From a virus, in the IMG/VR virus record IMGVR_UViG_3300026484_000053, positions 96,001 to 160,000 of that record: 64,000 bases of DNA; one strand, 5' to 3'. Position numbers and translations under genes: made by a program. How positions within the stretch are numbered: the first letter of the stretch is position 1; each line of letters starts with the position of its first letter. Below the pieces are notes generated by a model that was not told the DNA's origin, ran no database searches, and saw only the letters and a program-made list of their open reading frames with translations. This document shows positions 1-9,343 of the stretch, in pieces.

Positions 1-402
1 GTTAAGTCCAGTGATGGAGAAGATAACTGGACTCTGTTCTACAGTACAGGTAAAACGCAACCGCAAGACTTCGAATATGATTTTAGTGCCGACATTGCAG
101 AAATGCGTGTCGTTGTACAAGTATGGGATGATTCAGCTGCACAAGTACAACAAGAATATGAATTTACTGTAGAATGTCCAAGTAAAGGTGTTAGTTTTGA
201 AAACGTAGACTGGACTAAAAAGATACGAACTATAGATTGGACGCCTAGAGTGATTAAAACACCTTGGTTAGAAAAACGTGTACCAATAGACTTTACAATA
301 AAAATAACTAAAGTACCTTGGAATATTACAAAGCATCGTTTAGATTGGTCTATTCTAATAAATAAATTAAAGTTTACTCTTCGTAGAAGAGATATATTAT
401 AG
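1..402 (+). CDS. 5'-truncated hypothetical protein, probably virion-associated; C-terminal 9-residue periodic repeat
   Basis: Frame is open from base 1 (VKSSDGEDNWTLFYS...) into the listed 103..402 ORF; stop is followed by AGGAG and the next ATG. Confidence 0.7.
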   Translation, partial: VKSSDGEDNWTLFYSTGKTQPQDFEYDFSADIAEMRVVVQVWDDSAAQVQQEYEFTVECPSKGVSFENVDWTKKIRTIDWTPRVIKTPWLEKRVPIDFTIKITKVPWNITKHRLDWSILINKLKFTLRRRDIL

Positions 403-408
403 GAGCTA

Positions 409-1032
409 ATGATGGCAGAAATACAAACAGTAGAAGTTACAATAGGCGACAGCTCAGACTTATGGGAATTTTCAAGTAAGGACATACCAGTTCTTGATAT
501 TAACTGGACAGGATCATGGACTATAGCAGAATCTATTGGCGAAACGCCAGTACTGCAAGGTAACTTAACTAAGAACATTGACATTTTTAATGAAGACTCA
601 CTAATTAATGAACCGTTAAGAAATTCTTACAAGCTATTCGAGCCAGATGATGAAACAGTGACGTTTAATGATAACGTTCAAGATGGTAGTACAGTTACTG
701 TTAGTGGTACAGTTACTAAAGACGGTGCAGCAGTGCCATCAAAGTACATTTACATTATTGTTAAAGGTCTATTCGTACCTCATTCAAGAACTATAAGAAC
801 ACAGTGTGACGTTAATGGTGAATTTTCTGTTCAGCTAAACCTAGACATTACTCTTAAAACTCCTGCAGACTCTTTCTTTATTTTTCAATTAATGCCTACT
901 GACAGCGAAACGTTACTTGAAAAGACTTATTATCTTACATGCGAAGTTAAACAAGACGACGCAGGTACTATTAAATTTAGAAAAGAGCTGCTTCAACTTA
1001 AACTAAAAATGATTAAGCAAGGTGTGATTTAA
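409..1032 (+). CDS. hypothetical protein with Ig-like (carboxypeptidase-regulatory-like) segment
   Basis: AGGAG RBS; segment TVTVSGTVTKDGAAV...TQCDVNGEFSVQL resembles CarboxypepD_reg-type beta-sandwiches. Confidence 0.6.
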   Translation: MMAEIQTVEVTIGDSSDLWEFSSKDIPVLDINWTGSWTIAESIGETPVLQGNLTKNIDIFNEDSLINEPLRNSYKLFEPDDETVTFNDNVQDGSTVTVSGTVTKDGAAVPSKYIYIIVKGLFVPHSRTIRTQCDVNGEFSVQLNLDITLKTPADSFFIFQLMPTDSETLLEKTYYLTCEVKQDDAGTIKFRKELLQLKLKMIKQGVI

Positions 1033-1244
1033 CGTTACGCTGCTTAATCAGGCTTATTTAAGATTATAAACTATATAAGCAACACTTATCTTTCAATCCT
1101 CATCTAATGTAATACATTGTTAGTACGATCTAAAATTAACAAATCCAAGTATTAACCTGTAGACCTGACTAACTGTAAAATGCTCATACAGAGAGCATGT
1201 ATATAGATATAAGCAATCTTCATTTTGAAGCAATTTAATACCTG

Positions 1245-1266
1245 TTTAACAATATTATGATATAAT
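1245..1266 (+). promoter_or_regulatory. host sigma70-type (early) promoter, extended -10
   Basis: TTTAA-N8-TG-A-TATAAT; same spacing recurs at five other plus-strand operon starts. Confidence 0.7.
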
Positions 1267-1295
1267 AAGACTATAAACAGTATAAAGGATTATTT

Positions 1296-2306
1296 ATGGG
1301 TGGAAATACCAAATGTATAAAAGACGGTGTAGAATATATGCCTAGTAAGTTAAAAGTAAATAAAAACGCTTTAAAAGAGATATCTCAAATACTTAAAGAA
1401 CTTAATATAGAAGAATACTATTCAGGTAGTACGTCACTATTTTTTAATAATTATGATGATATAATAAAGCACAAGCAATATATGGGTGACGTAGACGTTA
1501 TGGTTGACAAGGAAAAAGTTAAATATTACATTAAAGTTATAAGATCTCATCATAAGTACAAATGCGACAATATAAACATTCAAAAACCAGGTAACACTTT
1601 AATAGCTTTATTTAAGTTAGATAGTAGTCCTGAAGATGAGTTAACCCAATTCGATTTTGAGCTACTCGATTTTAAAGATAATAAGCCAACAGAATGGTCT
1701 ATGTTTAGCCACTCTAGTCATATAGAAGATGCAACAATTGTAAAAGCAGTATTTCATAAACACCTTCTAAGAGCTCTTGTTGGTATGAGCCACATTAAAA
1801 AGGCAGTAGTCTTTACACCTAGTAGTACTAAAGAAAATCCAAAATTAAAATCTAAGCAACCACCATACATAAGACTATATAATTTTGGTGTAGATTCTGG
1901 TGTTGGTCAAGCGTATGAGAAAATTAATGATGTAATGTACAGAGAGTTAAGAAAGAATAAAGGTGGAATTAAAGGTGAAGTACAGTATAATAAAGATTTA
2001 GATTATTGTGCAAAGATCGCTTTAGATAAAAACGCTACAAAATGTGATATCATGTCATTAGAAAGAATAATAAAATATGTTCAGCAAAACGAAATATGTA
2101 AAGTACATAAACAGCTCGTATTTTATAGATTTTATGAGATTGTATTTGGTATAGGTTGTCAGGCTCAGCCTATAGAAGACAATGCAGAAGATGATATTGC
2201 AGCAAAATTAAAAGCATATCATTACGTTAGAAAAGCGTGGCAATTAGACGTAGACGAATGCTTAGAAGACACTGTTGAAAAGTATCTAGAAAGAGTATGG
2301 AACTAA
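1296..2306 (+). CDS. DNA polymerase beta-superfamily nucleotidyltransferase
   Basis: YSGSTS...MGDVDVMVD (hG[GS]x..DxD) plus a later Q-F-D-F third acidic strand; AAGGA RBS. Confidence 0.75.
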   Translation: MGGNTKCIKDGVEYMPSKLKVNKNALKEISQILKELNIEEYYSGSTSLFFNNYDDIIKHKQYMGDVDVMVDKEKVKYYIKVIRSHHKYKCDNINIQKPGNTLIALFKLDSSPEDELTQFDFELLDFKDNKPTEWSMFSHSSHIEDATIVKAVFHKHLLRALVGMSHIKKAVVFTPSSTKENPKLKSKQPPYIRLYNFGVDSGVGQAYEKINDVMYRELRKNKGGIKGEVQYNKDLDYCAKIALDKNATKCDIMSLERIIKYVQQNEICKVHKQLVFYRFYEIVFGIGCQAQPIEDNAEDDIAAKLKAYHYVRKAWQLDVDECLEDTVEKYLERVWN

Positions 2307-2325
2307 CGTATGGAACTAACGTATG
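2295..2325 (+). repeat. 13-bp tandem duplication spanning the stop/start junction
   Basis: GTATGGAACTAAC x2 + GTATG. Confidence 0.9.
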
Positions 2326-3327
2326 AAAAATAAACTAATTAGCAGTATTAAAGAAAGTAATTTATCAGATTCTGAACTAGCGTATATTTACAATCAAGTT
2401 ATGTACGTACATGTAGAATCATCTGTAAACTTGTTATTTCAACAATGCTCTGCACACGCAGAGTCTGAAAAAGTTATAAGAGAGTACATTAAGAATTCTG
2501 CTCAGCCTTATAAAGATAAAATACGAGTTATACAATATATCACTACGCATCGTATTGACAAAAACAACTTTTTACAGAATGGCGTAGCGCAAAAACTAAG
2601 TGATTTTTACAGAATGAATTATGCCTGGATTTACAACGTACCGTTCTTTAAAGAATTTGTTAAGTGGCTATCAGAGCTTAAGCTAAATCCACAAGGCCAA
2701 GGTGCTACTGGAGTAGGACGTGGCGAACATTTACTTATTATACTTTGCAAGAATGGTGAATTTGCTACTAAAGGTGACGTTCTTATAGGTAACGATCAGG
2801 TAGAAGTTAAGAATGGCGGCGAAATATACAAAGCACCAAAACAATATCGTGAAATAGAACAAATTATAGAGTTAGAGCTTGGAGTTAAGAACGTGACTAA
2901 TCTAGGTAGATTAGTAAAATGTTTTAATAATTTAGACAGAGACAGACAGTACATCTTAGACATGTACAGTGGCATTTACAAGCATATGTTTAGTGACGTA
3001 CCAGAAGTATATGATAAGATAGATGATATTTTTAACGCTACATTAGATAAAGACGGCAGGTGCTCTAAAGAAGATATACTATTAGCTTTTAAGAGATTAA
3101 ATTTCTCATTATACCAGGAAGAATACGGATTCGATTATTGCGTTTTCTTTAACTTCAAAGACGGAGACGAGATGATCAGTGCAGTACAACATGAAAGCCA
3201 AATCTGTAAAGAAAATGGTTATAAAATAGATGGATTGAACTTTAAAAATGGATATAAAGGCAGTGCTCTAACAATTAAATTAGACGTATCTAGGTCTAGA
3301 AAGGATTATTTAAATGGCAAAAGATAG
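2323..3327 (+). CDS. PD-(D/E)xK restriction-endonuclease-fold protein
   Basis: GVGRGE...KGDVLIGNDQVEVK matches the E...D...ExK core. Confidence 0.6.
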   Translation: MKNKLISSIKESNLSDSELAYIYNQVMYVHVESSVNLLFQQCSAHAESEKVIREYIKNSAQPYKDKIRVIQYITTHRIDKNNFLQNGVAQKLSDFYRMNYAWIYNVPFFKEFVKWLSELKLNPQGQGATGVGRGEHLLIILCKNGEFATKGDVLIGNDQVEVKNGGEIYKAPKQYREIEQIIELELGVKNVTNLGRLVKCFNNLDRDRQYILDMYSGIYKHMFSDVPEVYDKIDDIFNATLDKDGRCSKEDILLAFKRLNFSLYQEEYGFDYCVFFNFKDGDEMISAVQHESQICKENGYKIDGLNFKNGYKGSALTIKLDVSRSRKDYLNGKR

Positions 3328-4603
3328 ATTGGATGTAAGTATTAAAAACGTAGAAAAACTTACTAAAAAACACTCTAAAGAATTAAATGAATATATCTCT
3401 AGTAAAGGTATAATAAAGATAGAAGAGAAAATAGATGGTATTAAAATTAACATTATTAAAGCGCATAACACAGGTGATTTAAAACGTGACTTAAAAGTTT
3501 ACTATAAAAACGATTTACTTATATGGGATGAATTTAATTACCTTTCAGACAGTGATATTAAAATGTTTAGTACAGGTAATGCTCAATTTAAATTCTGTTT
3601 AGATGAAGTGTTACGATTTAATAAAGAAGAAATAAAAAAATTAGAAATTAATACAGAGCTATTCTTTGAATACGTTATGCGTAAGAGTACTTTAAGCCAT
3701 ACTTACACAGAATTATTTAATCTTATTTTTATAAAGGCTACAACTGAACAAGATATGAGTTATTTTAAACAAAGATATCCCATCTACGTAGTGAATAATA
3801 ATTATAAAGCACAGTCGCTTGATTTTATGATAAAAAGTTTAAAACAAGATCTTAAAGAATATAGTTCTGTTTATGGTGGAATCAAAGGTACTGCTGAAGG
3901 TTTTGTTATCAAAACCGATATAGGATTATTTAAATTACAGAAAGAATCTCAAAACGACCAAGAAGAAAGAACTAAAATAAAGAACAAGCACCGTATGGAA
4001 CCTTATGCAGAAGAATTATACTGGTCTCAAGTAAGATCAAGTGCTTTATACTTTATGGAAAATAATAGTCACGTTTTAGCATTACCGTATCATAGTAAAA
4101 AGAATAAGGTACAAGTATTAGATGATATAATGGGTAATGTAAAATTTATAACGCACAAGAGACTGCCAGGAAATAACGGTGCGCTATTCATAGGCAAGTT
4201 TAGAGTACTTACAGTACAACATCTTAAAATAATTAAAGAAGCATATAAGGAATACGATACGTTAACTATATGCGTAGTTACTAGTAAAGACACTAAAAGT
4301 ACTAAAGAATTCAGACTTAGCGTGCTTAATGAAGTATTAAAAAAGAATAATATAAAAGCTAACGTGATTAAACATGGAAGTGGAAATATATTTGGTATAA
4401 TGAATAAAAGTGCTTGCAATATTAATGTTATTGTAGCAGGTACAGATAGAGTAGAAGCTTATAGAGAAACTCTTAAAAATAATCCTGACTTAAGTGTATG
4501 CGAAATAAAAAGAACAGATGAAGATTGTAGCGCTACTAAAGCATTTAAAGATATGAGTCTTGTACCTGAAGAGATCAGGTACAGATATTGCGAGTTCGTC
4601 TAA
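3314..4603 (+). CDS. fusion: N-terminal ATP-dependent (RNA/DNA) ligase-type nucleotidyltransferase domain + C-terminal HIGH-superfamily cytidylyltransferase-like domain
   Basis: Ligase motifs EEKIDG (I), FFEYV (III), AEGFVIK (IV), FKL (V); C-terminal FIGKFRVLTVQH...IVAGTDR resembles GRFxPxTxGH...GxDR. Confidence 0.75.
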   Translation: MAKDRLDVSIKNVEKLTKKHSKELNEYISSKGIIKIEEKIDGIKINIIKAHNTGDLKRDLKVYYKNDLLIWDEFNYLSDSDIKMFSTGNAQFKFCLDEVLRFNKEEIKKLEINTELFFEYVMRKSTLSHTYTELFNLIFIKATTEQDMSYFKQRYPIYVVNNNYKAQSLDFMIKSLKQDLKEYSSVYGGIKGTAEGFVIKTDIGLFKLQKESQNDQEERTKIKNKHRMEPYAEELYWSQVRSSALYFMENNSHVLALPYHSKKNKVQVLDDIMGNVKFITHKRLPGNNGALFIGKFRVLTVQHLKIIKEAYKEYDTLTICVVTSKDTKSTKEFRLSVLNEVLKKNNIKANVIKHGSGNIFGIMNKSACNINVIVAGTDRVEAYRETLKNNPDLSVCEIKRTDEDCSATKAFKDMSLVPEEIRYRYCEFV

Positions 4604-5322
4604 AAGTTCATAATGAATCTGTGCTTATACGCTACGCCAGTCTTACTAGCACTAGTCTTGTATTGCTCCCAACCGAACAGTACGTGGCCTTTCTTAGTTT
4701 TCCATTGTGGAAACTCCTTAACCCATACTATACTTTCATCATTAGTATCTTTAGCATATGCAAAGTTGTATGCAGTATTTCTTAGTAACCACAAGAACGT
4801 ACTCCATCCACTTATTGAGTAATCAGCTAAATCACCTTGGTCGAATACTCTACCGTATGCATTAGTCTCTTCTAACTTAGCTAAGTCTCTCTTGAATGCT
4901 TCTCTAACACCTGGTATTTTCAGTGTCCATTGTTCTTTCTCACCTTTTAGTACAGCTCCATTGAACCATGCACTCCAAGTTTCTTGAGTTGAATCATCAT
5001 CGAACCAACCCCATACGAAGAATGCTACATAGTATGTGGCTTTATTTACTGTACGTTTGTGGAAGTAACCTTGAGGTACTGACTTACTTGGATCGAACAG
5101 GTGATGCACTGGCTTAGTAAGTAGTATTTTAGTACCATCTTCTGATAGCTTTGGATTTCTCTGATTGAATCTCTTCACGAATCTATTGTTATCAAACCAA
5201 TAATTATATACTCTATTTCTAGCCCACTTTCTGAACGGTGATAGCAAATAGAACATCGGAATACCTATTAATTTACTTATTATGTCCCATAGAACTAACA
5301 CTGTGTAGTATACGTATTTCAT
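4600..5322 (-). CDS. hypothetical protein with N-terminal hydrophobic helix, tail-fibre-linked (DUF7338-like)
   Basis: ATG at 5322 has a GGGAG RBS and overlaps the upstream TGA; WGWFDDDS and WLLRNTAYNF motifs. Confidence 0.55.
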   Translation of the reverse strand: MKYVYYTVLVLWDIISKLIGIPMFYLLSPFRKWARNRVYNYWFDNNRFVKRFNQRNPKLSEDGTKILLTKPVHHLFDPSKSVPQGYFHKRTVNKATYYVAFFVWGWFDDDSTQETWSAWFNGAVLKGEKEQWTLKIPGVREAFKRDLAKLEETNAYGRVFDQGDLADYSISGWSTFLWLLRNTAYNFAYAKDTNDESIVWVKEFPQWKTKKGHVLFGWEQYKTSASKTGVAYKHRFIMNF

Positions 5323-5771
5323 GATGGTCTCCCTTCTACCCATAATCTACTCTGCTCAGCACCACTTAATGCTAATATAGCTTGTAGATCTAACTTAGTT
5401 AACTGTTCTACTGAATTATCGCTAGTTACCCAGTTTACCGTAGTCTCATCATCAGGTAGTGCATTAATTGCTCTACTCATTCGATCCTGGCTTTTCTCAT
5501 TACCTTGGAACGACGAACCGTTGAACTCTACTACTATATTATCTACTGCTGTAGCTCGTTCAATTTTCCATTCTTTAAGCCGTTCACCTAATTCACTAGC
5601 ATTTATTTTATCCATATCTGGTGTAGTATAATCTGTGTAGTATGCGTAGTAGTTACCTTCAGCATCTACTGCTATATCTTCAACTTGTTCATATCCATTG
5701 TCTATATGGAACTGTAATAGTTCCCCATTACCTAGGGTAGCTAGTACCCCATCTGTTATTTTAGCTATCAT
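5319..5771 (-). CDS. tail fibre assembly protein (DUF4376-like)
   Basis: IVVEFNGSSFQGNEKSQDRM...WVTSDNSVEQLT pattern; directly downstream of the fibre gene. Confidence 0.75.
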   Translation of the reverse strand: MIAKITDGVLATLGNGELLQFHIDNGYEQVEDIAVDAEGNYYAYYTDYTTPDMDKINASELGERLKEWKIERATAVDNIVVEFNGSSFQGNEKSQDRMSRAINALPDDETTVNWVTSDNSVEQLTKLDLQAILALSGAEQSRLWVEGRPS

Positions 5772-5772
5772 C

Positions 5773-8667
5773 TTATTTACCTCCTATGTATGTTATGTTC
5801 AGTGCAGTACCACCATCGCTAATATTTCCGTGTAGTAAGTAATTATCAGAGTCAGCTAAAATAAGATTTACGTGAATAATGTCACCTTTCTTTAATTCAA
5901 GTGTTGTCGTTGTTGTAATTACCGGGTACTTAGCACCATCTTCAGCTTTATCTCTTGAAAAGCCTCCCATACTTTTAATAGACGAGCCGTTTAAGTAAAC
6001 AAGAGTACTAGTCCTACCTACGGTAGTACTTTTATGTCCAAATCTAAAGCGTACTGTTATTATGTAAGTACCGTCTTTTGCGCAAAGCCATAAACCGTTA
6101 GACAACGCATTATGAGTATCTATTGTTGTATCCCAGTTAACTATAGCAGGAGCAGTTAAGTTAGTAGTGCTACGTGCGTTAAGTATAGGTCTATCGATAA
6201 TTTTAACATCGCTAGCTTCAACGTCATTAACTACAATCGTATCAGCTTCCATAGTACCAATAACAGTATCAGCCAAGCTTCTATTATAATCAATATCAAC
6301 TGGTGTTTCACTTGCAACCATAACTGGATGCTTTAAGAACGCTGTTGGTTCTTGTAGTGTTCCTAGTGTTGGTTGTGTTTTGTAGACACTTATGTTGTCG
6401 AAGTATGCTGTGTCGTCATCTCCCGTACCATTCATTTTTAGGATTAACGCTTCCGTTTCATTTTGAGCAACAAATCTTAAATATCCGCTTTCAGATAGAT
6501 TATATCCTGAGATATTTAGTAAAGGATTAACTCCACCCATTGAAGCCTTAACTGTGTATTCTGCACCTATTTCTAGTGTTATATCCTGACTAGCAAAAGG
6601 ATAATCAGTATCATTAGCATTAACAGATAATTGGCCGTTAGACAAACTTAAATTAGCATCATTATTTGCAGTCCACCCGTCAATATCATCGGTAAAACTA
6701 TCTTCAAATATAGCGCCGCCAATAGTATCATATGATTTACCATCAATATTAACTAATCTATTATCATCAGCACTTGTTTTTGTATATAAACCATTCATAG
6801 GCTTCTTATCTTCAAATCTCCAAGTACCATCTGATTTTCTACCAACCCATTTAAGTCCATCACTAACGCCACTAAAATCAATAGTTCCAGTAAACTTTTC
6901 AGTTGAATGCACATACCCTTGACCATCAATACCATTAGTTGTTATAAATGTACCATTTACAATGTTTAGATTCGTGTCGTCAGTTGGTAAATTAAAGTAA
7001 GTATCGTCAGGCGTTGTTGTAGCATTTGTGTCTATGTATCCCATATATAGGTATTGCCCGTTTAGTGCGTTAGTTTGCTCAGATGTGGCAGATACTTCAA
7101 AATACCCATAAGGAAATTGGGATATAATTGCACTGTCAATTTCTGCTGCGGCTGCTAAATTCAAACTATACCCTTCTCCTTGCCTGGCACTGTCAAATAC
7201 TTTCCAATCACCAACATCATCAATCCTCTTAATAACAACATCTCTTAACTTAACCTCTTTACCATTAACATCTTTAGTAACAATCTTATTACCAGCACTA
7301 CCTGTACCAATATAAGTACCTATTGTAAATGTTTCTGATTTACATTTGTAATACATCATTATCACCGAATCTGCTATATTTTCTGCACCTGACTGTGGTA
7401 CAGCTATGCTTGTCTCAGATACAGTGTACCTTTTGTTTGCTGGGTTAAGTAGTTTGTTGTCCACATTAGCTTCTAGATAGCCATATTCTCTGTAACTTGC
7501 GAGCCAAGACCTATCGTCATTTAAACTTTTACTCACCCAGTAACCCAACTCAACCCCAGCACTATGACTAATCTGATGTCCAGCAATACCACTTCCAAGA
7601 TACATTATCATACCTTCTTTAGTAACAGGATTGTATGCTTCTACATAGAATTTATTATGTGAAGTCATTCCCCATTTGATATGAGTATATAGTGTTTGGT
7701 ATAGTACATATGTTTCTGCGTCTGCATTTACACTTGTGTCATTATCGTAAACAACCGTAACACCAGAAGCAGTAAACTCGCTTACTTTGTCAGGGTTTGA
7801 ATTTTCAGCAGCAATTGTGTCTGTAAAGATTCTTTTATCTATCCCTCTCAGTCCATCGATAACTCCATTAGAGTTATCTGCACTTTGAATCTTGTAACGA
7901 ACCTTACTAGTATTAGCAACACAGCTACCACTTCCATTACCAGCTACGGGCAATATCGATAGGTTACTAAATGTAGCTGTAGCATCGTCTTCAGGACTAT
8001 ACATTGAACAATATACATCAATACCAGCGTCTTCTGTTAAGGTAAACACTCCGCCTATAGTCCCATTAATGTAAGAAGAATTTACTATTATTCCCTCCGA
8101 ACCTGTACCTTCTAAGTTGGCATACATCATAGGAGATGTGCCTGCAGCCTCCACACTAAGGAAGTATGACCCAGCCGATAGCTGTATAGTTTCTATAGCG
8201 TATGGATAATCAGAATCATCAGCGTTAACACTCAAGACACCTCCGTTTACACTTAAGTTAGCATCATTTACAGCAGTCCAGTTACTAACATCACTTGTGT
8301 CATTACTAGAGTCTATCAAATCAACAGCATCATCAGCAATAACTGCAAATCCACTACCTACTCTTTTATTATAAAAGCCACTTCCATTATTTGGTTGAGT
8401 AAAGTCAACTGAACTAATTCCAGTAGCTATCTCCTGAGTATCTCCATTACCAGTATAAGTAACTACAGCATGGTTCTTAGTCTTTGAAAATCCGTCTATA
8501 CTCGAAGAGCTAGAATTCATAAGAACGTTAGTAACACTCATATTAGGAATCTTACCCTCAACCTTTTGTAATTCAGTTTGAGTAGCAACATCAAAATTAA
8601 GATTTCCAGTACTTACTACGTTATTTTGTACTTTATCTATACCAGTACTTCCCGTTATTTTAGTCAT
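5773..8667 (-). CDS. tail fibre / receptor-binding protein with two inserted lectin-like modules and a C-terminal C1q-like domain
   Basis: YTGNG and YIGTG fibre motifs, IKRID..DWKVFDSAR; duplicated WTAxNDANLS module; C-terminal DGTYIITVRF...LELKKGDII. Confidence 0.75.
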   Translation of the reverse strand: MTKITGSTGIDKVQNNVVSTGNLNFDVATQTELQKVEGKIPNMSVTNVLMNSSSSSIDGFSKTKNHAVVTYTGNGDTQEIATGISSVDFTQPNNGSGFYNKRVGSGFAVIADDAVDLIDSSNDTSDVSNWTAVNDANLSVNGGVLSVNADDSDYPYAIETIQLSAGSYFLSVEAAGTSPMMYANLEGTGSEGIIVNSSYINGTIGGVFTLTEDAGIDVYCSMYSPEDDATATFSNLSILPVAGNGSGSCVANTSKVRYKIQSADNSNGVIDGLRGIDKRIFTDTIAAENSNPDKVSEFTASGVTVVYDNDTSVNADAETYVLYQTLYTHIKWGMTSHNKFYVEAYNPVTKEGMIMYLGSGIAGHQISHSAGVELGYWVSKSLNDDRSWLASYREYGYLEANVDNKLLNPANKRYTVSETSIAVPQSGAENIADSVIMMYYKCKSETFTIGTYIGTGSAGNKIVTKDVNGKEVKLRDVVIKRIDDVGDWKVFDSARQGEGYSLNLAAAAEIDSAIISQFPYGYFEVSATSEQTNALNGQYLYMGYIDTNATTTPDDTYFNLPTDDTNLNIVNGTFITTNGIDGQGYVHSTEKFTGTIDFSGVSDGLKWVGRKSDGTWRFEDKKPMNGLYTKTSADDNRLVNIDGKSYDTIGGAIFEDSFTDDIDGWTANNDANLSLSNGQLSVNANDTDYPFASQDITLEIGAEYTVKASMGGVNPLLNISGYNLSESGYLRFVAQNETEALILKMNGTGDDDTAYFDNISVYKTQPTLGTLQEPTAFLKHPVMVASETPVDIDYNRSLADTVIGTMEADTIVVNDVEASDVKIIDRPILNARSTTNLTAPAIVNWDTTIDTHNALSNGLWLCAKDGTYIITVRFRFGHKSTTVGRTSTLVYLNGSSIKSMGGFSRDKAEDGAKYPVITTTTTLELKKGDIIHVNLILADSDNYLLHGNISDGGTALNITYIGGK

Positions 8668-8682
8668 TTAAACTCCTTTATT

Positions 8683-9300
8683 TTAAACTATAACCCAGTT
8701 ACTTCCATCAGGAATTGTAACAGTTACGCCATCGTTAATTGTAATATCTCCAGCACTTACAGCATTACTACCTGGTGGTATTTCAACATCTGTATCTACA
8801 ATATTTGTATGAATTAACATACCTGGAGCCGAACTTCCACCACCTGAACCTGAACTTACAATAACAAGTTCAGTAGCACTTATAGCTATACCTACTTGGG
8901 GTGCAAACTCATCAAGTCCAATCCCACCTGGAACATCGTCACTAAGGTAATACGGACTACCAACTGTAAAATCAGCTCCTTGCACTTCAACTCTTCCTGC
9001 TGGAATTAAGAAATGCTCAGAGTTTATTACTTTATACATTCCAATAGTTTTGTTTCTTAGTTTGTCTTTACCTACAGTTAATCCGTAAGTTCCGTCTGGG
9101 TTAACATACAGAAAGTCATTCTCTTGTACATCGCCAGGAAGTTTAGATTGGTCTATTTTCATAGATACAGCAGGTATACCAGAAGCGTCTTGTAACGTTC
9201 CAGCATCAATCATTTGTACTATTTCTTTTAGAGCTCTGTTAAAATTAACTGCGTCAGGTGCTTCACCGTTTTGCAGCCAATTAATACTATCTACTAACAT
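8683..9300 (-). CDS. tail/baseplate-associated short fibre or adaptor protein
   Basis: GxxYYLS..PG motif; C-terminal NAVSAGDITINDGVTVTIPDGSNWVIV is typical of short phage fibre modules; position in tail operon. Confidence 0.55.
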   Translation of the reverse strand: MLVDSINWLQNGEAPDAVNFNRALKEIVQMIDAGTLQDASGIPAVSMKIDQSKLPGDVQENDFLYVNPDGTYGLTVGKDKLRNKTIGMYKVINSEHFLIPAGRVEVQGADFTVGSPYYLSDDVPGGIGLDEFAPQVGIAISATELVIVSSGSGGGSSAPGMLIHTNIVDTDVEIPPGSNAVSAGDITINDGVTVTIPDGSNWVIV

Positions 9301-9343
9301 TATACTCTCCTATTTTAATTTTATTTATCATATATTTGTATGT

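Noticed and set aside
39-584. 181-aa minus-strand ORF and similar antisense ORFs (e.g. 4090..4419, 31298..31684, 44446..44889, 56910..57347, 61933..62307)
   Set aside because: They lie fully antisense to well-supported genes, with no RBS or motifs; they are shadows of codon bias
1033-1244. 210-nt spacer with a small hairpin (ATGCTC/GAGCAT)
   Set aside because: Only one short stem, with no promoter-linked transcript or repeat structure to support a function
4150-4603. NMNAT / NAD-reconstitution (NARP) assignment for the HIGH domain
   Set aside because: The motif is non-canonical (TVQH) and no Nampt or ADPR-PP synthetase partner is nearby; kept as unassigned cytidylyltransferase-like
5773-8667. 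Diversity-generating retroelement target or invertible fibre tip
   Set aside because: No reverse transcriptase, template repeat or invertase is visible in the window
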